Positions 8,573 to 17,349 of a stretch of 64,000 nt of DNA are shown here, piece by piece. The stretch is taken from positions 160,005 to 224,004 of the IMG/VR virus record IMGVR_UViG_3300041411_000178; one strand, written 5' to 3'. The translations under genes were made by a program, and so were the position numbers. Under the pieces are notes generated by a model. The model searched no databases, was not told the DNA's origin, and was given only the letters and a program-made list of their open reading frames with translations. Position 1 is the first letter of the stretch. Each line of letters begins with the position of its first letter.

Positions 8573-9340
8573 ATGTCCCAGCAACTTTTCGTCACCTTAC
8601 AAGAAGCTCGTCGCGTCAATGCTGTTAAGCACAACCGTCCTCGTGAACTCACCCAGGCGGAACAAATCCTCCTGGCCGGTATCGAGCTGTCGAAGAAACC
8701 GAAGTACGACATCGAGGAACTCAAGGACCTCTGCAAGCTGATGCTCGACACCACCGGCGGTGAACGTCTGGCAGACAAGCTCAAAGAGGCTGTGAACGAC
8801 CCTGTGGCGATGAAGTCGCTGGTTGAGGTCTATCCTCACGTTGAGTTCTACGACGTCATCAAGGAAGGCCCAGACGCCTTCAATCCCTTCGAACGCCTGC
8901 ACTACGCGAACCAGCCTTTCGAAGTGCTCCAGAACAAGGCCGCAACACTCGTCGGGTTCTTCGGATTGCTGGAACAGTTGCCAAAGGGTATCGATACCTA
9001 CATCTACACCCCTTGGACCAACATCCATGCACTGCGGGCCCACTGGGATGGCGACAAGAAACAAACCCGTTGCCTGGGTTATGCGTTGCCGGCAGCATTG
9101 CAGAAAGCAATCACCAGCACTCTCCAAGGGCGCTGGCAGGAAAGCGTGGTGGGCTCCATCATTGCTGACGGCCTGTTCAACAACAAGAACCTGTGGGTTC
9201 GTGCACGCGTCAGCGAACCGAAGTCCGACTTCGTACTGTCGTACCACGAAGATCCGAAGTTCTCTACCTACGGCGATCGCGGTCGTATTGTGAAAGCCAC
9301 CAACAAGAAAACAAACAGCACGTATTACTTCTGCGTGTAA
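8573..9340 (+). CDS. hypothetical protein (255 aa)
   Basis: AAGGA RBS directly downstream of the promoter motif; strongly biased codon usage. Confidence 0.85.
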   Translation: MSQQLFVTLQEARRVNAVKHNRPRELTQAEQILLAGIELSKKPKYDIEELKDLCKLMLDTTGGERLADKLKEAVNDPVAMKSLVEVYPHVEFYDVIKEGPDAFNPFERLHYANQPFEVLQNKAATLVGFFGLLEQLPKGIDTYIYTPWTNIHALRAHWDGDKKQTRCLGYALPAALQKAITSTLQGRWQESVVGSIIADGLFNNKNLWVRARVSEPKSDFVLSYHEDPKFSTYGDRGRIVKATNKKTNSTYYFCV

Positions 9341-9356
9341 CCTAAAGGGTTCGCTC

Positions 9357-9635
9357 ATGTTCAGTCCAGGTAGGCTAGAACACATGGAGTGGCGCCGCAA
9401 GGTGCTGCTCCGTGGCGAACCTGTTCTTACGGTCAAAGGTAAACTCAATCCTGACTGGGTGGACTGGTATCGCGCTACAAACAGAGTATCAGGCAACATC
9501 GCAATAAATGCTGGTAAGAAGTTGATCCGGGAGGCAAAGGCACTTAAACAAGAGCCAGTGGTAACAGAGCCTCCAAAAACATTTCGAAAGATTAACCCTC
9601 ACCACCAACTAATGCTTTATTTCCAAACGGAGTAA
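9357..9635 (+). CDS. hypothetical basic protein (92 aa)
   Basis: ORF in the operon. Confidence 0.7.
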   Translation: MFSPGRLEHMEWRRKVLLRGEPVLTVKGKLNPDWVDWYRATNRVSGNIAINAGKKLIREAKALKQEPVVTEPPKTFRKINPHHQLMLYFQTE

Positions 9636-9639
9636 AACC

Positions 9640-10023
9640 ATGTCAACAATACAACAACTCCAGGCAAGACGTATGGAAGTCCTGGACAAGATGTTTGATC
9701 CCGACACCAAGATCGTTGCTACCCCCAATCCTGATATGGTTGTGGGTATGTCTGGTCTGGCGCTCTACCTGGGTAAGGTAGACGGGATCCTGCGCACAGG
9801 GTACGAGCAAGTCAAGCGCAACGTAATGTTCTTGCAGCACGACCTGCCCACGCCGAACGATCACTTCGAGAGTGCACTCGATGCATTCGACAAGGATGCA
9901 AAGTCGCTGCGCATTCGAACCATCCCTGAAAAGATGGCCTTGAAACAACTGGCTGAGCAACACGAATACCGCCATAACAGCATTATGGACCTTCAGCCGC
10001 TGACCAAGCATTACATGGGCTAA
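9640..10023 (+). CDS. hypothetical protein (127 aa)
   Basis: GGAG RBS. Confidence 0.75.
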   Translation: MSTIQQLQARRMEVLDKMFDPDTKIVATPNPDMVVGMSGLALYLGKVDGILRTGYEQVKRNVMFLQHDLPTPNDHFESALDAFDKDAKSLRIRTIPEKMALKQLAEQHEYRHNSIMDLQPLTKHYMG

Positions 10024-10061
10024 CGGATTTTATACATCGGTTACTCAATAATAATCAGGAG

Positions 10062-10556
10062 ATGTACCGCATGAAAGCAATAAAGCGTATTGGCTTCGTT
10101 TTGGTTTCCGTGATTGCACTGGCGTTTGTTGTAGCGCCTTTGTTCGCGTTGGCTAACAGCAACAACTCCAGCCCCACGTACAACGTCAACGACAAGGAGC
10201 AGAAGTTCGTCTGCGAAGCGTTCACTCGCAACACCATCGACGCTGATGGGAAGTTGACGGACAATGATCCGAAGTATGTCAAGACCACGGTACTGGAAAA
10301 CAAAGAGGGTTTCACCATTAAAGCGGGTGAGGCCTTCAAGGAAAAGGTGGTGCTGGGTAACGGGATGATCGGTCCTGGTAGCAACATGGGTAGTAATAGC
10401 CGGGCTATCTTGCAGAAGCGTAACGAGATCCCGGGTGCCCTCTACTTCATGATCTACACCTTCGACAACGAAAAAGATCCGAAAGACCGCGTTGATCCTG
10501 CTGATTCGCCAATCAAAGATATGGTGGTTCTGGGGCAATGCAAACGCAAGCAGTAA
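10062..10556 (+). CDS. putative exported/periplasmic protein with two Cys
   Basis: Basic-then-hydrophobic N-terminus ending ALA-N (signal-peptide-like); FVCEAF and GQCKRK. Confidence 0.8.
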   Translation: MYRMKAIKRIGFVLVSVIALAFVVAPLFALANSNNSSPTYNVNDKEQKFVCEAFTRNTIDADGKLTDNDPKYVKTTVLENKEGFTIKAGEAFKEKVVLGNGMIGPGSNMGSNSRAILQKRNEIPGALYFMIYTFDNEKDPKDRVDPADSPIKDMVVLGQCKRKQ

Positions 10557-10566
10557 CCTGCTGAAT

Positions 10567-10611
10567 AACCCTACAGATGCCTTAGGGTGTCTGTAGGGTT
10601 ATGGCTATTAG
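10567..10611 (+). terminator. hairpin followed by a TTATGGCT tail
   Basis: AACCCTACAGATGCC/GGTGTCTGTAGGGTT stem then ATGGCTATT. Confidence 0.65.
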
Positions 10612-10666
10612 CCACTTTTTATTAACACTGTGGTACTAATCTAATATACCGTTTGGGAGAATAACG

Positions 10667-11134
10667 ATGTCTAAAGTTGCAGAGCTGGTTATCCGCGAAT
10701 ATCCGATGGAAGTTATTGCCGCTGATACCATGGAAGATCTGTTGGGTCTGTTCGAACAATTGATCCGTTTCGAAGATGCACTCGTTAACCTGGACGTACA
10801 CAAAGATCCTCTCGCTATGGCCACGACCATGGATGAGATCTTGCTTATGGTTGATCGTTGCGCCATGGCTTACATCGGTGATGACCCTGTAGCCTTCCTG
10901 ATGATCGACAAGGGCGAACCTTACGCTATCGGTTCTCTGTTCGTGGCCGAAGAACACCGTGGCCAGGGTATCGGGGAACTGTTGGTCAACATGCTGCGCG
11001 ATTACCACCCCAACAACGACCTCACCGTGAGCTGCCATAAAGGTAACACCCGTGCACTGGCCTTTTACGAGCGCCTGGGTTTCGTGTTCACCGAGACCGA
11101 CCTGATCATGAAAGGTGTGCTCAAAGCAGTTTGA
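10667..11134 (+). CDS. GNAT-family N-acetyltransferase
   Basis: Acetyl-CoA motif LFVAEEHRGQGIG and GNTRALAFYERLGF. Confidence 0.9.
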   Translation: MSKVAELVIREYPMEVIAADTMEDLLGLFEQLIRFEDALVNLDVHKDPLAMATTMDEILLMVDRCAMAYIGDDPVAFLMIDKGEPYAIGSLFVAEEHRGQGIGELLVNMLRDYHPNNDLTVSCHKGNTRALAFYERLGFVFTETDLIMKGVLKAV

Positions 11135-11145
11135 TTTACAGGGTT

Positions 11146-11162
11146 TTTCACATCTACATTAT
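11146..11162 (+). promoter_or_regulatory. putative early promoter motif
   Basis: TTTCACATCTACATTAT followed by TAGTGTG. Confidence 0.65.
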
Positions 11163-11203
11163 TAGTGTGAATTACAATCACTGTTCTTAATGGGAGAACG
11201 ACA

Positions 11204-12859
11204 ATGACTTTGAAATCGACTGGGTACGTACCTCCAATGCCTACACTGGCGATGCTCGCTGATAACGGCGGCATTGTAACTGTCAACCCGGACTGGTGTG
11301 ACTGGTACGAACAAGTGTTTAACGAACCTGCTGGCGCCGGCTATGTCAAAGGGCGCGAGATCATGAACCAGGTTGATCAGTCGTACTCCGAACTGCTCAG
11401 CATCCGTAGCGAGGCCATGAAGAGTGCGATCCACTCGATGATCTCCAATGATCCAAACCGTCCTACCGTGCGCTTCAAAAGCATTGCAGAGGCCGAGAAG
11501 TCGTTCAAACTCTCCGGCAAGCACGCAATGGACTTCGACAAAGAAGAACAAGTGTTCACGTTTGACGGCTACTTCAGCGTCAGTGACATGGAAGCCATCC
11601 TGTTCATCCGTCGTGCGGAAGAACTGATTGACAAAGCCAAGGAACGCTTTCCGGGTTTCTCCGACTGCGCTACTGGGAGCTACAAAGAGCTGGACATCAA
11701 TCAGTTGATGCAGGTCATGCAGCCATCTTTGTCGAGAACGGACATTGATTCCGAGATTTTCGCTACTCCTGTAGCCGAATCGCCAAATCGCGCGTACATG
11801 TTCCCTGACGCCAAAGCCAAAGCTTCTCCGATGGCCGAGCAGTTCAACTCTGTTGTTGAAGCACACGCAACGCTGGCGGAATCCGGTATCCTGCGTCAGA
11901 ACGTGATCCGCACGCCCGGCGTAAACAATCTGGTACTAGACGGGTACTTCACCCCGAAAGATCTGGAAGCGCTGCTGTACCTGTACCGCAACAACGATCC
12001 GATGGTGTTCCCTGAAAAGGATGCCAACGGTCTGCCAAAGGACAGTCCCGCGGGTGATAAGCTGAACCGCAAGACCTTCATGGAACTGCTGGGTGTTACG
12101 CCTGAAACCAGCAGCGACGAAGTTGCGGAGAAACTCCGTGCAGCACGCCTTGTTCTGGAAGCAAATCTTACCGGACCTGTTGCAGGCCAATATTTAGACG
12201 GCCTGGGTAAGTTGTACGACGATGCTCTGGAACACCCAAGTTCGGCTAAAGCTCTTCTTCGTCCTACCGGCGATGATTTTGAGAAGAAGCTGCATGCGGA
12301 GATTGTTGGCGGTAGTCTGCGAGAGATCCCCGACGAACTGCCTACCGGTAACGCTGTCCTCAACCGGTTGATAACGGAAGGCGGCGGTCTGCGTCGTGGT
12401 GAATGGGCGGGTGAAGCTGCTGCCCGTACTGATATCAACCGCACGTCTATCGTGGGCGGTACTCGTATTCACTGCTTCGAAGAGGGTGACGATGACTTCC
12501 CAATGATGACCGCTCTGATCAAGAAGATTGAAACCTTCGAAGAGCAGTTCGGTGGGTTGTCTTTGGCTGACTTCCGCGCGCAAGTAGACGCACCATGGGC
12601 TGAAGGCGGTGTTGCCTACTTCAAGAAGGAAGACGGTCACTTCAGCCTGGTGTTCGAAAAGAACGAGGTGGTCGTCTCGCTGTTCTCGTTCAAAGTGGCT
12701 GAACACTCCAACCCTCCGGGTCAGATTGTCTTGTGCGAACACGCGCCAAGCCTGGTCAACTACACCACTATCTCCAGCTTCTTTGATCTGTTCATCAGCA
12801 TCACGCCTGAGCAGGTAAAGGAAGCTAAAGACCGAGCTATCGAGAAACACGGTCAGTAA
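11204..12859 (+). CDS. hypothetical protein (551 aa) with an internal duplication and a DnaB-like motif fragment
   Basis: GGAG RBS; repeated DGYFxxxDxEAxL; segment PTGNAVLNRLITEGGGLRRGE. Confidence 0.85.
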   Translation: MTLKSTGYVPPMPTLAMLADNGGIVTVNPDWCDWYEQVFNEPAGAGYVKGREIMNQVDQSYSELLSIRSEAMKSAIHSMISNDPNRPTVRFKSIAEAEKSFKLSGKHAMDFDKEEQVFTFDGYFSVSDMEAILFIRRAEELIDKAKERFPGFSDCATGSYKELDINQLMQVMQPSLSRTDIDSEIFATPVAESPNRAYMFPDAKAKASPMAEQFNSVVEAHATLAESGILRQNVIRTPGVNNLVLDGYFTPKDLEALLYLYRNNDPMVFPEKDANGLPKDSPAGDKLNRKTFMELLGVTPETSSDEVAEKLRAARLVLEANLTGPVAGQYLDGLGKLYDDALEHPSSAKALLRPTGDDFEKKLHAEIVGGSLREIPDELPTGNAVLNRLITEGGGLRRGEWAGEAAARTDINRTSIVGGTRIHCFEEGDDDFPMMTALIKKIETFEEQFGGLSLADFRAQVDAPWAEGGVAYFKKEDGHFSLVFEKNEVVVSLFSFKVAEHSNPPGQIVLCEHAPSLVNYTTISSFFDLFISITPEQVKEAKDRAIEKHGQ

Positions 12860-12875
12860 TACCAGCAACACAACT

Positions 12876-12902
12876 GGGTGGAGAATTCTCCACCCTTTCT
12901 TA
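12876..12902 (+). terminator. perfect 20-nt palindrome, probable terminator
   Basis: GGGTGGAGAATTCTCCACCC followed by TTTCTT. Confidence 0.55.
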
Positions 12903-12960
12903 ACGCAATACCCACTTAACAGAATCCACTCTGGTTTCTGAAACTATTGGAGCAATAAGC

Positions 12961-13530
12961 ATGGCTAGTCTTTTCCGTAACCGTACTTTGCTGGACTCTT
13001 TCCCTAACCGCAACGTGGTAGGTGAAAGCACTGGTATTCATACCAATGACGGCAACCTTGTTTTCCGCGTGGGTATCGACTTCGGTATCCAAGGCAAGCT
13101 TACTCGCTACATGACTGTTAAAGCCCTGGGCAATGAGCTGGTAGAAGTCAGCCGGGCGATCAGTGAGTACGAAAGTTCCATCCTGGAGATCATTGACATC
13201 CTGGAGGAAATGCAGCGCTGGGTCCTGGACATTGATTTTGTTCCGGGTGCAATCAGTCCTGTTCGTCACCGTGGTGATCTGGTATTCAACCGCGTGTTGT
13301 GCGAAGAGAACCCACTGATGGTTCACGCAGCGTGGTTCAACAAGAGCATTACCTGCTCGTTGTTCGGCAAAGGTCTGTACGACCTGGAGATCCGCATTCC
13401 AGCGGGTGGTGAACACAATCACCGCATCTTCCAGCTGAAGATCATGTCGATGATCAACGTGTTCCGTGAACATCTGCGTGATGTTGAGAAGCTGCCGGTT
13501 CAACAACTGCTGAAGAAGGGTGCCAACTAA
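12961..13530 (+). CDS. hypothetical protein (189 aa)
   Basis: GGAG RBS; TAATG coupling to the next gene. Confidence 0.8.
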   Translation: MASLFRNRTLLDSFPNRNVVGESTGIHTNDGNLVFRVGIDFGIQGKLTRYMTVKALGNELVEVSRAISEYESSILEIIDILEEMQRWVLDIDFVPGAISPVRHRGDLVFNRVLCEENPLMVHAAWFNKSITCSLFGKGLYDLEIRIPAGGEHNHRIFQLKIMSMINVFREHLRDVEKLPVQQLLKKGAN

Positions 13531-13985
13531 TGCGCTCTGTACTCTTCGCTCTGCTGCTGTTGGTAGGTTCTGCTCAGGCAGATGAAACTCTGATGTGTGG
13601 TCAATATGGCTACACAGACAAGAGTGAAGACTTCCACCAAATGAACCTCCTCCCGTTGATCAGCATTTTTGAGATCGATAAGGAGGAGGCTCGGTTTGGT
13701 AACGAGGTCTTCAAGAAGTTCGATGCTAGCCGCGTCGAGATGGACGGATTGGCTAAGACGTACTTCCAGCCAGAAACTAACAAGTTGCTCTATGTCTACA
13801 CGAATGAGCAGGGTACTCAGGAAGTTGGTATCAGCCTATTGAAGGAGGATACTGACGACCTGTTTGCTGATAAGTCTGTTTTTACTGGCTGCAAGGCAAA
13901 GACGGTTGGGCACGAAGAGGTAGTGGCATCTAAAACCTCTCTTCGTCGCCCACTCGATCCCAACCAACCGCTTTATACCTTCTGA
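13530..13985 (+). CDS. putative exported protein with signal peptide and two Cys
   Basis: MRSVLFALLLLVGSAQA-DE is a classic signal peptidase I site; LMCGQY and FTGCKAK. Confidence 0.8.
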   Translation: MRSVLFALLLLVGSAQADETLMCGQYGYTDKSEDFHQMNLLPLISIFEIDKEEARFGNEVFKKFDASRVEMDGLAKTYFQPETNKLLYVYTNEQGTQEVGISLLKEDTDDLFADKSVFTGCKAKTVGHEEVVASKTSLRRPLDPNQPLYTF

Positions 13986-13995
13986 GGGGAAAGCA

Positions 13996-14382
13996 ATGGC
14001 TAACGGTATTTTCCTGGCTACGGCTATGTTTAATGGCGAACCCACGTTCTTCCAGTACACGATGCGAGAAAATGATCCGGTTGTTATCGTGGAGCTCTAC
14101 AAGCCGCCCAAAGACGATCTGATCCCTAACGCGGTGATGACTACCGAGATCAAGAAAATCAACCCACTGGACTATCCAGAGCCTCTGCGTCAGCATCTCC
14201 TGAGCACCCCTCATCTTGAGCGATCTCTGGCGGATTCCATATCGAAAGAGGTTTCTAGAATCGGTCAAGAACAATGGGGCAAGATGCTTGCTGACCATGA
14301 AGTGAACAAAATTCCTACTCAGGAGGAATGGAACACCAGTGTTAAACGCATCATTAATAACGTGAGGGGGTCGGATGCTTAG
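13996..14382 (+). CDS. hypothetical protein (128 aa)
   Basis: GAGGGG RBS. Confidence 0.75.
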   Translation: MANGIFLATAMFNGEPTFFQYTMRENDPVVIVELYKPPKDDLIPNAVMTTEIKKINPLDYPEPLRQHLLSTPHLERSLADSISKEVSRIGQEQWGKMLADHEVNKIPTQEEWNTSVKRIINNVRGSDA

Positions 14383-15028
14383 TCGTAATAAAGATTGGTT
14401 CGTCCAGTCTAGCTACTGGCGTAACGTCAGTCGCGTGTTGCAACGCATGGGAGGGCCATTCGAAGAACAACTCGAGGTGTCGGTCTCCCCCATCAACTCG
14501 GATGACCATTCATGGCTGACCCTGGGTGAAGTCCGCATTCGCCGTCACGTTACTTACAGTGCGGCAGATGTATTCACCCATCACTTTCCAGAGTACCTGG
14601 AAAATGAGCTGAAAGGGCGGCTGGGTAAAAGTATCGCCGATGCCCTGCTGCACGTTAATCTCCTGAGTGAGATTGACCCGGTTAAAGTCCGGGAAGTAGG
14701 CCGCCATTGGGTATGGGGAGGTGGTATCCCGTTTGTATTGATTGCACGAGACCCTCACAAGTTTCCTGCGTTGATTCAATTCTGGATCGATCACCCTGCC
14801 ACTACCAATCAACAGCTGCTGTTTCTTCCGCTTATTCGTGAGCATGAAGAACTGTTGAAGCGTCCCGTGCTGGATAGAGTCCCTCGTTCTTGGATGGACC
14901 ACTACCTACAACTGATGACCAATATGCAACCTGGCGATCCCAGAACTGCTGAGGTCAAACAATTTCTGGAAGACAATCCGGTTGAGACCATTTGTTTTCC
15001 ACAGGTGCCGCATTCTAACAAGGAATAA
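14375..15028 (+). CDS. hypothetical protein (217 aa)
   Basis: Overlaps the upstream stop; in the operon. Confidence 0.75.
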   Translation: MLSRNKDWFVQSSYWRNVSRVLQRMGGPFEEQLEVSVSPINSDDHSWLTLGEVRIRRHVTYSAADVFTHHFPEYLENELKGRLGKSIADALLHVNLLSEIDPVKVREVGRHWVWGGGIPFVLIARDPHKFPALIQFWIDHPATTNQQLLFLPLIREHEELLKRPVLDRVPRSWMDHYLQLMTNMQPGDPRTAEVKQFLEDNPVETICFPQVPHSNKE

Positions 15029-15030
15029 AC

Positions 15031-15618
15031 ATGAACTGGTATGTGCACGGGAAGACTTCCCGCTGTGTTGGATTTATCCAGGATGGGGGTGTCTGTGAAG
15101 GCGGTAACTGTGAGCACCTGGAAGATGGGGACCAGGCACACGGTTATTGCGGCGAGGCTGATAGCTTCGGCGAAGAACATCACCTGATGTGCCAACCGTG
15201 CTACGAGGTGTTTCTCGAAGAACGGAAGACAGAGCCCGTGGACTGCGAAGACTGCGGGATGGATCACCCCAGAAACGAGGGAATCAGTTACATCCCTTAT
15301 TTCTGCGACGAGTTGCCACGAGAGCGTAACCGCATTTTCGTGTGTAATACCTGTAAGGAACTTCCTGCACACAAGTACCGTCTTGAGCGGGATGAACGTG
15401 ACATGGAAGCCGCTAAACTGGAGGCTGAAATGAACGACGATAAAGCGCACGTCTCGCATGAAGACGGAGTACCGGAACCCCTCGACGATGATGACATCGA
15501 CGTCTATCCGGACCCAATCTTCGAACCGCGGGAGCCTGAGGAAGGCGAAGAGCCCGAGGAGCTGGAACTCGAGGAAGAAGACCACGACATTCCGTTCCCG
15601 GACGAGGAGCGTCATTAA
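15031..15618 (+). CDS. Cys/His-rich (putative zinc-binding) protein with a very acidic C-terminal tail
   Basis: CQPC, CEDC and CNTC pairs; tail EPEEGEEPEELELEEEDHD. Confidence 0.8.
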   Translation: MNWYVHGKTSRCVGFIQDGGVCEGGNCEHLEDGDQAHGYCGEADSFGEEHHLMCQPCYEVFLEERKTEPVDCEDCGMDHPRNEGISYIPYFCDELPRERNRIFVCNTCKELPAHKYRLERDERDMEAAKLEAEMNDDKAHVSHEDGVPEPLDDDDIDVYPDPIFEPREPEEGEEPEELELEEEDHDIPFPDEERH

Positions 15619-15818
15619 TGTGGCTTACCCTCCTGCTGATCGTAGCCGTTGGTATTGCCTTGGCAGGAACCTATATTCCCTGGAGTAGCATCCAGGGAAT
15701 GTCGGATATTCCTCGTAGGGCGGCCTGTGCCATTTATATTGCTAGCTGGATTGTACTGGCTGGTTTTGGCTTCGCGGGTATCGATTTGTTTTATTCTTAC
15801 AAGGAAGCACTGCGATGA
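15618..15818 (+). CDS. small membrane protein (2 predicted TM segments)
   Basis: Two hydrophobic stretches; TAATG coupling. Confidence 0.7.
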   Translation: MWLTLLLIVAVGIALAGTYIPWSSIQGMSDIPRRAACAIYIASWIVLAGFGFAGIDLFYSYKEALR

Positions 15819-16273
15819 GCAATAAACCTTTTCTCTTTACACCTGGCAGCATGGACAAGCTCCAGCACACTGACGTTGCTCAATCCGTCGAAGTGGATGA
15901 AGCGCGCAGTGACCGTATCAGAAACAAGTACGAAAAGCTGGTAGAAAACGGTCTGTACGAGAACAACGATCTGCGTTCGTTCTCTAACACCCTGTGGAAT
16001 GCGATCGTCCACTTCGACGATAAGACACTCTACGTGTTTACGTATCCAATCATCTCCTCTTCTCCGGCCTGCTACATCAAGACCTGCTCCTGCGGCACGG
16101 TAGTCTTCAAAGAACTGCTGGATGACGTCGACTTCAAAGGCGTTCTCGATCTCGAGGACGTTCTCGACGCCATACAACTAACACTGGACTTCGTCGGTGA
16201 CGAGGTTGGTGCCGATCTACCCAAAATCCCGTTCAATCCCCCTTACCTAAAACAAACGAAGGAAGCCGATTAA
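15815..16273 (+). CDS. hypothetical acidic protein (152 aa)
   Basis: ATGA coupling. Confidence 0.75.
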   Translation: MSNKPFLFTPGSMDKLQHTDVAQSVEVDEARSDRIRNKYEKLVENGLYENNDLRSFSNTLWNAIVHFDDKTLYVFTYPIISSSPACYIKTCSCGTVVFKELLDDVDFKGVLDLEDVLDAIQLTLDFVGDEVGADLPKIPFNPPYLKQTKEAD

Positions 16274-16552
16274 ATGGCAACGGTAAAGATTCAACAAAAG
16301 CTCGGTATGGACCTGTTCAAAAAGCTCAGCGCTCAAATGAAAGAAACCGGGCTGCATCTGGTCCGTAGCGACGGCGAAGACAAGCCTGACCGCAAGATCA
16401 CGCAAGAGAACGTGATCTGCAAAGTCAAGCAAGTGTTCAACCTGGGCAAGAAGATGGAAGCCGTAGTGGATGGCGATGTTGTGCTGTCTGGCTATGAGTT
16501 GCGCTTCCAGCAGTTCGAGAACGTTTTCTATCTGGTGCGTAAAGGCATCTGA
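16274..16552 (+). CDS. hypothetical protein (92 aa)
   Basis: Abuts the upstream stop; followed by a terminator. Confidence 0.75.
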   Translation: MATVKIQQKLGMDLFKKLSAQMKETGLHLVRSDGEDKPDRKITQENVICKVKQVFNLGKKMEAVVDGDVVLSGYELRFQQFENVFYLVRKGI

Positions 16553-16567
16553 TTATACGTGCAACAC

Positions 16568-16620
16568 CCTCCCTAGCGAGTCGGGCCAACAGGCTTGCTG
16601 GGGAGGTTTTATTTTTTGTT
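16568..16620 (+). terminator. intrinsic terminator
   Basis: CCTCCCTAGCGAG/CTTGCTGGGGAGG stem then TTTTATTTTTTG. Confidence 0.75.
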
Positions 16621-16637
16621 TAAATTAGGAGTTTGTA

Positions 16638-17279
16638 ATGGATAACTATAAAGACGGAACGATAGCGTTTGACCGTATTACAGTTTTGGGGAAGGACTTT
16701 GTTGCGGGGACGTACAAGGACGACTTGGCTGTCTATCAATATGCCTTTGATGTTAAGCCGTTTGTAGCAGGCGGGAAGAAAAAGAAGAAGAACGCCCCAG
16801 AGAAGTATGACTATCAATGGGAAGGCTTTTTCAACATGATGGTCAACAATACCCGCATTCGACTGCATCCGGTTCTGAATGACTACGGGTTGTTCGAGAT
16901 GGAAAGAAAGCTTGAGCTGCTCAAAGAGAAGATGCAGTTCTTTGTGAAGGAACTCAAGACACGCCGTAAGACACCTGCTAAGGGCGATCGTTACGACAAG
17001 CAGTGGCTGAACAAACCGGATACCCCTTACTCAGGGCATGTGCACCTGACCATGCACAAGGACGGCGGTGGCAACCTTTCGGTAGCCGACTGTCATAAGT
17101 CCATCCACTGGTGGGTGGACTGTTACTTAGATCCGAGTGGCAAACCCGTCTACGACGAGTACTACGAAAAGTCGTTGAAGTCGATTGAAGAGTTTGCACG
17201 TGGGTTAGGCAAGGCTTGCAAGGCAATCCAAGAATTGCGCAAGTTCTTTGCCCGTGAACTCGAAAGCTCTCAAGGTTAA
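16638..17279 (+). CDS. hypothetical protein (213 aa)
   Basis: AGGAG RBS. Confidence 0.8.
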   Translation: MDNYKDGTIAFDRITVLGKDFVAGTYKDDLAVYQYAFDVKPFVAGGKKKKKNAPEKYDYQWEGFFNMMVNNTRIRLHPVLNDYGLFEMERKLELLKEKMQFFVKELKTRRKTPAKGDRYDKQWLNKPDTPYSGHVHLTMHKDGGGNLSVADCHKSIHWWVDCYLDPSGKPVYDEYYEKSLKSIEEFARGLGKACKAIQELRKFFARELESSQG

Positions 17280-17284
17280 GAGAG

Positions 17285-17301
17285 TTTCAAACCTACATTA
17301 T
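17285..17301 (+). promoter_or_regulatory. putative early promoter motif upstream of the chaperonin
   Basis: TTTCAAACCTACATTAT. Confidence 0.65.
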
Positions 17302-17349
17302 TACCCTGAGATACATTGTTTATATCAACCCAGCTACGGAGATTCTTCC

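Noticed and set aside
16274-16552. 92-aa ORF near the chaperonin as a GroES candidate
   Set aside because: The size fits but it lacks the PLxDRV, mobile-loop GGI and VKVGD motifs. The 67-aa downstream ORF is a hydrophobic membrane protein.
17248-17349. Upstream extensions in the ORF track (also 2933, 4392, 21528, 33263, 41899, 48203, 60426, 63983)
   Set aside because: They overlap neighbouring genes, promoters or terminators, and downstream ATGs have better RBSs or match paralogue N-termini.
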